From a virus: a DNA stretch of 64,000 nucleotides. The number at the start of each line of letters is the position of its first letter. The stretch's first letter is position 1. The notes below the pieces were generated by a model. That model had not been told where the DNA came from. It was given only the letters and a program-made list of their open reading frames with translations, and did not search any database. The position numbers and the translations under genes are program-made. Where the stretch lies: positions 1 to 64,000 of the IMG/VR virus record IMGVR_UViG_3300009151_000053. One strand, written 5' to 3'. Of this stretch, positions 58,429 through 64,000 are shown one piece after another.

Positions 58429-59268
58429 ATGGCAGCACTTGATTTTCCATCAAGTCCAACTAATGGACAGGCTTTTGTTTCAGGCACTACGACGTGGACT
58501 TATAGTTCTGCGAAGGGTGTCTGGAACATCACGTCTAATGGTCCATTAGGAGTCACTGGATACACTGGTTCTCAAGGCGTAATAGGTTACACTGGTTCAT
58601 TAGGCTACACTGGCTCTCAAGGCGTTGGTTATACAGGTTCTTCTGGTGCTTATGCTGCTATTGGCTATACAGGTTCTGGTGGCTATACAGGATCGGCAGG
58701 AACAAATGGTTACACAGGCTCTCTAGGATACTCTGGTTCTCAAGGAGTTGGCTACACAGGTTCTGCTGGTGCTGGTGTAGGTGCTTCAACAAACACACAG
58801 ATTCTTTTCAACGATTCTGCTGCTGCGAACGGCTCATCCAACTTTGTATATAATAAAGCAACAAACGTTATAACTGCATCTGCTAATATAGCAATGGCTA
58901 ATGCGTATCTATCTGCGTTGGTGTTAAAAGCGTATGCTGAAGACAAAACGGTCAACGCGGCGGCTACTGGTACAGTGACGCTCGATCTGTCTACGACAAA
59001 CGTATTTGATCTGACACTGACTGGTAACGTGACGTTTGCTTTTAGCAATCCAGCGCCCAGTAGCAGAGTCCAGACCTTTACGATCATTGCTAAACAAGAT
59101 GTTACAGGTGGTAGAACAGTAACATGGCCAGCAACGATTTCTAAGTATGCGGGCGGTAACGTTCCACCTGCTACGACAACTGCTAGTGCTATCGATATTT
59201 GGACGATTACTACATATGATGGCGGAACAACCTATGTTATATCGTTGTCGGTGAAGGATGTTAAGTAA
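58429..59268 (+). CDS. Collagen-like fibre protein with C-terminal beta domain
   Basis: MAALDFPSSPTNGQ, GYTGS tract, LDLS..NVF..TLTGNVT, QD.TGGRTVTWP and T.DGGTT. Confidence 0.72.
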   Translation: MAALDFPSSPTNGQAFVSGTTTWTYSSAKGVWNITSNGPLGVTGYTGSQGVIGYTGSLGYTGSQGVGYTGSSGAYAAIGYTGSGGYTGSAGTNGYTGSLGYSGSQGVGYTGSAGAGVGASTNTQILFNDSAAANGSSNFVYNKATNVITASANIAMANAYLSALVLKAYAEDKTVNAAATGTVTLDLSTTNVFDLTLTGNVTFAFSNPAPSSRVQTFTIIAKQDVTGGRTVTWPATISKYAGGNVPPATTTASAIDIWTITTYDGGTTYVISLSVKDVK

Positions 59269-59915
59269 TGCCTATTGGTGGTGGAAAGTTTACATTAGAA
59301 AAAACATGGCACTCGGCTGCACCTAGCACAACTACACTAAATGCATCTGGTAACTTTACTGTTCCATATGGTAAATATGATATTCAAATCTATGGTTATG
59401 GTGGTGCTCCTATTCCAGGAAACGTTTCTGGATATAATGATTACTATAACTATGTTTACGTTCCTGCATCTTACAATTCTAACATGATTTATTACGTCAC
59501 CCAAACATTTTATCAACCAGTTAACTTATATACCGGTGCTCCTACTCCAGGATATGGTGGTTCATCTACATCAGGTCCCTACACCACTTACAGTTGTCCA
59601 ACACCAAATTCTTACATTGCTTATGGTCCTTATGGTTCCGCTTCTACATATTATAACTATTCATGTTCGCCTGGACCGCCCACTCTTGTTCCTGCATATT
59701 CTTATGGCAATCTTGTTCCTGGAAACCCTAACTATAACCCAAGCAATGTTGCCAATCCAGCAACTCTGATGGGTGCTACGATTCCAGGTGGCTCTACGAA
59801 CTATTCGGCAAATGCTGTTAAAGTTAACTATCAAAACTTTCCAGGCGCTCCTGCTGGAACAGCATATCCAGCAACACTTGCAACTGGAGCACAAATGGTG
59901 ATTGTTTACAGATGA
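59268..59915 (+). CDS. Tyr/Pro/Gly/Asn-rich hypothetical protein (possible fibre tip)
   Basis: SGNFTVPYG..I.IYGYGG framework with a low-complexity Y/P/N/G core; TAATG coupling. Confidence 0.55.
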   Translation: MPIGGGKFTLEKTWHSAAPSTTTLNASGNFTVPYGKYDIQIYGYGGAPIPGNVSGYNDYYNYVYVPASYNSNMIYYVTQTFYQPVNLYTGAPTPGYGGSSTSGPYTTYSCPTPNSYIAYGPYGSASTYYNYSCSPGPPTLVPAYSYGNLVPGNPNYNPSNVANPATLMGATIPGGSTNYSANAVKVNYQNFPGAPAGTAYPATLATGAQMVIVYR

Positions 59916-60655
59916 GTTTAGAACAAGTTAGACATCAAATATTTACATGTTCGGGATCAGAGGATCATGTCCATGAAATAAAGTTTATTGTCGTTGAGAA
60001 TTCAGATACCATTATATTTGAGCCAAATCGATTTATTAAAGATAGATGGAACAGTTATATCTGCTTACAAGGTGCTATAGATATCAGATACACCAATACT
60101 GACACCGAACCGCGTCTTGAAGAAATAGATGATATTTTATCTGCTATAGATGCTGATACGAGTGGGCATTTATCTTACACAGTTATAGATGACAAAAACT
60201 TTACAATAAGACTTCATTCTGATTGGTATCCAAAGAACGAATTGGTTGAATATCAACATCCTATATGGCTATCAAATATGTTTGAAAGTAGAATCTTTCA
60301 AGTAGAAGGGTATGATGTTATTATGAAAAGAACTTTTGTTTCTCAGAAACATTTTAGGTTTCTTGATGATAACGTTTCAGAGTTGCGTAAAAAGATCGGA
60401 CTCGATATTGTAGCGGAAACTGCCGCAAATCATTATAGATTCTCATACTGTATATTAGAAGCAGGACATTCAATCAATATAAATCCGACCGATGAAAATG
60501 CTGAAGTCAGTTTTATAGGAGATGATTATACTGTTAATGGAAAATATATGGAATTTCAAGAGACCATAAGTGGTTCAACGCCACTGACTGTAGAAGTCGC
60601 GTCTGGTATCTGTTACATAACAATGGTAGAAAAATATGATTTGCTCACAGTCTAA
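59912..60655 (+). CDS. Hypothetical protein
   Basis: 247 aa ORF with ATGA coupling; no recognised motif. Confidence 0.55.
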   Translation: MSLEQVRHQIFTCSGSEDHVHEIKFIVVENSDTIIFEPNRFIKDRWNSYICLQGAIDIRYTNTDTEPRLEEIDDILSAIDADTSGHLSYTVIDDKNFTIRLHSDWYPKNELVEYQHPIWLSNMFESRIFQVEGYDVIMKRTFVSQKHFRFLDDNVSELRKKIGLDIVAETAANHYRFSYCILEAGHSININPTDENAEVSFIGDDYTVNGKYMEFQETISGSTPLTVEVASGICYITMVEKYDLLTV

Positions 60656-61343
60656 AAAAATCTGCATTATGCTTCCACCTAAAAATGGTTGTATGACTCT
60701 GGAAAGCATCTTTAACAAAGTGCATGATATCGATCACATCGCAATTGATACTAAACAACATTACACACTCGAAAGTTTTGCTACAAAATATCCTGACTAC
60801 GATCTGTCAGGATTCACATTCTATGGTTTTTACAGAAATCCAATCGATAGATTCTTATCAGCATACGAACATGCTAAATGGCATCCAGAATTGGCATATA
60901 TTCAAACCATCTTATATAAACAGATCACGTCAACACCGTTAACGACGGTGCAAAAACTAAAAGGCGGTCCTGCACTTTTTAAATCTGATTTGAAATCTCT
61001 CACTGTTGCTCAATATTTTGATTGTCTTCCTAAAATCGAATATGTACAAGCCAATAGTTATACACCACGATTGGACACCTTTACGCCACAAAAGAGTTAT
61101 CTTGACATTCCAAACATAACTTTATTAGACTTCAATAACTTTAATCAAGAGGTTATAAATCTGTTGACAAACTTTGAATATGGGTTTACAATTGATGTTA
61201 ATAGTGTACCTAAAAAGAATGCGGCTGAAGATCGGATTATAACTAAAGATACATTAACACAGATTGAGATCGATCTAATCAAGAATAAATATAGTGAAGA
61301 TTACGAGTTCTTCGCATCGAAGGGCATAACATTTATTGATTGA
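60636..61343 (+). CDS. Sulfotransferase family 2-like protein
   Basis: PPKNGCMT (5'-PSB-like), RNPIDRFLSAY (3'-PB-like), F.PQ..Y and Y.EDYEFF. Confidence 0.7.
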   Translation: MICSQSKKICIMLPPKNGCMTLESIFNKVHDIDHIAIDTKQHYTLESFATKYPDYDLSGFTFYGFYRNPIDRFLSAYEHAKWHPELAYIQTILYKQITSTPLTTVQKLKGGPALFKSDLKSLTVAQYFDCLPKIEYVQANSYTPRLDTFTPQKSYLDIPNITLLDFNNFNQEVINLLTNFEYGFTIDVNSVPKKNAAEDRIITKDTLTQIEIDLIKNKYSEDYEFFASKGITFID

Positions 61344-61356
61344 GAGAGGATATATA

Positions 61357-61947
61357 ATGGGGTTTCCTGTAAACAAGTATAACTTGATGTTGCCAAAATT
61401 TGGCGTTATGAAAGAAATCTTTACACCAGACGAAATTGAAAACATCATCTTTCTTGAAAAGTTGATGGATTTTACAGCCGCTAAAACTGGCTTAGTTCAT
61501 AATGCGATGTGTGATCCAAATCTTAGAGATACACAAGTATGTTTCTTTCCGCCAGATGAAAATTCTCGTTGGCTATATGATAGAATTTCTGCCATTTCTT
61601 CTAAAGCAAACTATGATTTGTTTATGGAAGATATTGAGTTTATGGAAGATATTCAGTATTCGGTGTATGATGTGGGTTGTCATTATGATTGGCATTTTGA
61701 CGCATATGACGAATATCGAGTATGGCAAAGAAAAATTAGCGGCGTTGTTTTCTTAACCGATCCTGAAGAATATGAGGGTGGTGAGTTAGAAATCATCACA
61801 ACTGGTAGCCCTGATAAGTCTCAAAAGTTAAAGCCAGTTAAAGGCGATGTTGCGTTCTTTTCTTCTGTACATCCACATAAAGTTCATCCTGTAACAAAAG
61901 GCGTTCGAAGGACCTTAGTGTTTTGGGTAATGGGAAAGACGCAATAA
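61357..61947 (+). CDS. 2OG-Fe(II) oxygenase (prolyl-hydroxylase/PKHD-like)
   Basis: HYDWHFD (HxD), RKIS, YEGGEL and HKVHPVTKGVRRTLVFW; GAGGA RBS before ATG 61357. Confidence 0.9.
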   Translation: MGFPVNKYNLMLPKFGVMKEIFTPDEIENIIFLEKLMDFTAAKTGLVHNAMCDPNLRDTQVCFFPPDENSRWLYDRISAISSKANYDLFMEDIEFMEDIQYSVYDVGCHYDWHFDAYDEYRVWQRKISGVVFLTDPEEYEGGELEIITTGSPDKSQKLKPVKGDVAFFSSVHPHKVHPVTKGVRRTLVFWVMGKTQ

Positions 61948-61948
61948 T

Positions 61949-62674
61949 ATGAATTTAAAATTGTTATTTAAGAATGAAGTGATCGAGTTCTATTGCCATC
62001 CAAATCAATATGGTGTTATTCCAGAACCAATTCCAGCAAATAAATGTATTGCGGATTGGTGGAAGAAAGTTCCTCCTAATATCGAAAATCGTAGAGACGC
62101 TCTTGGTGATCGTGCCATGACAGCCAAGAAGTGTATGCCCATGCTCGACGTTATGTCATTAGGGTATGTGATTCCGCTTCAAGCCGATTTACAGGTTATC
62201 ACCAACTCTGATTGTTCTATCATCAAACTGCACACACCACCAGAACTAAAGATTGCGGAGTTTCATGACATAGCACAGATCGGCGGCAAGAACATTTCAC
62301 CATCCAAGGGCGATGCTATCAAGTTTATCAATCACTGGGTTATCAAGACCGCTCCTGGATGGTCAACAATGTTCATACCGCCTTTGAACCACTTCAATCC
62401 AAACTTTACATGCTTTAGCGGATTGGTTGATACCGATAAATATGCAAAAGAAGTTAACTTCCCTGCTGTATGGCATATGCCTAACTTTGACGATAAGTTG
62501 CCAGCAGGAACCCCCCTCGTTACGGTCATTCCTGTGAAACGAGATTCGTTTCCTAAGAAGCCTAAAGTGAGAAAGATGAGTGATGCTGAGTTTAAAGAGA
62601 TTGATAGGATTTCAAGAACACAACAATCAAGAGCACATTATTATACAAATGAATTGAGAGAGTCTAGAAAATGA
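61949..62674 (+). CDS. Hypothetical protein, paralog of 62671-63393 (possible dUTPase-like fold)
   Basis: K.CMP..D....GY.IP, W.IKT.PGWS, GLVDTD and PAGTPLV.VIP. Confidence 0.6.
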   Translation: MNLKLLFKNEVIEFYCHPNQYGVIPEPIPANKCIADWWKKVPPNIENRRDALGDRAMTAKKCMPMLDVMSLGYVIPLQADLQVITNSDCSIIKLHTPPELKIAEFHDIAQIGGKNISPSKGDAIKFINHWVIKTAPGWSTMFIPPLNHFNPNFTCFSGLVDTDKYAKEVNFPAVWHMPNFDDKLPAGTPLVTVIPVKRDSFPKKPKVRKMSDAEFKEIDRISRTQQSRAHYYTNELRESRK

Positions 62675-63393
62675 TGTTTTGGAAAAAACCAGAGTTACCC
62701 GATATCCAGTTTCTTGACATAAAACGTGTTTCATACCAAGCACATCCTATTGTGCCAGCCAAAGAAGTGCCGACTTATTTTCAAGAAACACAAATCAAGA
62801 ATCAAGGTAGATTTAGATGGGCAGATTGTCCTGGAATGATCGACTATAAAAACTTCGGTTATATCGTTCCTGCATGGGATGATATTCATATCATTGCAAA
62901 TCGTGCTGGTGTAAAAGTTGTTGTTGGTGGTAAACGCGGTAATGTATTTGATTCGCCCAAAATGATGGATGCAACCATATGTGAATCGATTGTTACGCCA
63001 GAAGATAATGTTCCATTGACAACAGTAAATTGTCATAGCCCTTGGGTAGCAATGGTCAACAATAAGAAACTATCAGCAGCGGTGCTTCCTGCTACATACC
63101 ATTCACCGTTTCTAGATGATCTTTACGTTTATCCAGGTTTAGTAGATTATAATGGAAACTTTTCTTCGCTCAATTTTATCTTTTCCCCAAAGAGAGAATG
63201 TAAGTTGACGATTCCAGCAGGAACTCCACTGCTACAAGTTTTACCTTTTGAAGTTAGACATATCAAAGCAGGATATGGTCCCGCTGATGATTATCAAAGG
63301 GATAAATCGCAATCTATGATTTCCACAGTGGCACAATTTTATCGTAAGCATTATCAACAAAGAAAGCCTACGACAATATCGCTCAATCCTTAA
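62671..63393 (+). CDS. Hypothetical protein, paralog of 61949-62674
   Basis: CPGM.DY...GYIVPAW, PGLVD and IPAGTPLLQVLPF. Confidence 0.6.
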   Translation: MMFWKKPELPDIQFLDIKRVSYQAHPIVPAKEVPTYFQETQIKNQGRFRWADCPGMIDYKNFGYIVPAWDDIHIIANRAGVKVVVGGKRGNVFDSPKMMDATICESIVTPEDNVPLTTVNCHSPWVAMVNNKKLSAAVLPATYHSPFLDDLYVYPGLVDYNGNFSSLNFIFSPKRECKLTIPAGTPLLQVLPFEVRHIKAGYGPADDYQRDKSQSMISTVAQFYRKHYQQRKPTTISLNP

Positions 63394-64000
63394 TACCTTC
63401 AAGAAAATAAAATGCATTTTCTAAATCGATAGGAAGATCAAAGATATAATCCACAGTTCCTGTATTACCCAACACCCAATGTTCATATGTGTATCTAGAA
63501 GTCATTCCTCTAGCATACTCAGAAATGTTCATTGGGTGTTTTAGTTTTCTGATATGTTCTGACTTTGACCACCAAAAATTACCGCTTGTGAAACTGTCTA
63601 TCTTGAATCTGCCATTCTTTATACTTGGATCACTTACACCGACTACATCACAATGCTCAAGCCGCTCTACACATTCTTTCCATTTTGTAATACAGAAATG
63701 GTTTAGAACCTGTTTCCAGTTGAATGAATACATATTGAAGTTGGCTGATCCTTTGCTATGAAAGTAAAGAACGTCTATGTCTCTATCCATACAAGCATCA
63801 TACAGATAACTTAGAGTGTGCCCCTCATAGATATTTTCCATTGTGGTATCTCTTACATTAAGAATATTAGCAAAGGGGTATTTCAAAGCAATGTAACTCT
63901 TGACATCTGAATACAGATTGTCTCTAAATATAGGCATAGTGATTGCTATATTGATCTTGGCGTGTTCATGAAGATTTGATTGTTTGATTGCGGATAGTTG
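63383..64000 (-). CDS. Putative glycan-biosynthesis (glycosyltransferase-like) protein, 5' end outside the window
   Basis: The frame stays open to the window edge (QLSAIKQSNLHEHAKINIAIT precedes the listed Met); YEGHTL, VLYFHSKG, SGNFWW and RY.YEHW motifs. Confidence 0.5.
   Translation of the reverse strand, partial: QLSAIKQSNLHEHAKINIAITMPIFRDNLYSDVKSYIALKYPFANILNVRDTTMENIYEGHTLSYLYDACMDRDIDVLYFHSKGSANFNMYSFNWKQVLNHFCITKWKECVERLEHCDVVGVSDPSIKNGRFKIDSFTSGNFWWSKSEHIRKLKHPMNISEYARGMTSRYTYEHWVLGNTGTVDYIFDLPIDLENAFYFLEGIKD

Noticed and set aside
42270-58770. Dense 9 and 18 nt tandem repeats (GGTTATACTGGATCA-like) resembling a CRISPR array or satellite
   Set aside because: They vary at synonymous positions, have no unique spacers and encode in-frame Gly-X-Y peptides; no cas genes are present.
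1-64000. tRNA genes, group I introns, inteins or stop-codon reassignment
   Set aside because: I saw no cloverleaf or T-loop signature, core genes appear uninterrupted, and standard-code ORFs tile the window densely. tRNAscan-SE and Infernal were not run.

Overview
A 64 kb segment of a large T4-like myovirus genome, read with the standard genetic code. From left to right it holds four blocks. (1) A replication and late-transcription block: phosphoesterase, SleB-like cell wall hydrolase, gp33, gp59, a sugar O-methyltransferase and gp32. (2) A minus-strand hub/tail block: a lysozyme-bearing gene at the tape-measure position, gp51, gp26, a tail-tube-like gene, gp2 and gp4. (3) A plus-strand baseplate block: gp48, gp53, hub, gp5, gp25, gp6, gp7-like, gp8-like and DUF4815-like genes, followed by tail fibres. 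(4) A ~25 kb accessory region of proline-poor Gly-Tyr-Thr-Gly-Ser collagen-like genes and glycine-rich adhesin-like paralogs, together with a four-domain glycosyl/methyltransferase, a sulfotransferase and a 2OG-Fe(II) oxygenase. The most notable observations are these. Three free-standing endonuclease cassettes sit antisense over the 3' ends of resident genes, and at least two appear to have replaced the resident C-terminus, leaving the old tail stranded on the far side. The two GIY-YIG genes share a covarying structured leader. A compact pseudoknotted candidate ncRNA lies at ~1260-1382. A probable -1 frameshift fuses gp26 to gp51. The accessory region looks like a modular, glycosylated virion fibre system. 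All calls come from motif recognition and synteny by eye; no database searches were run.
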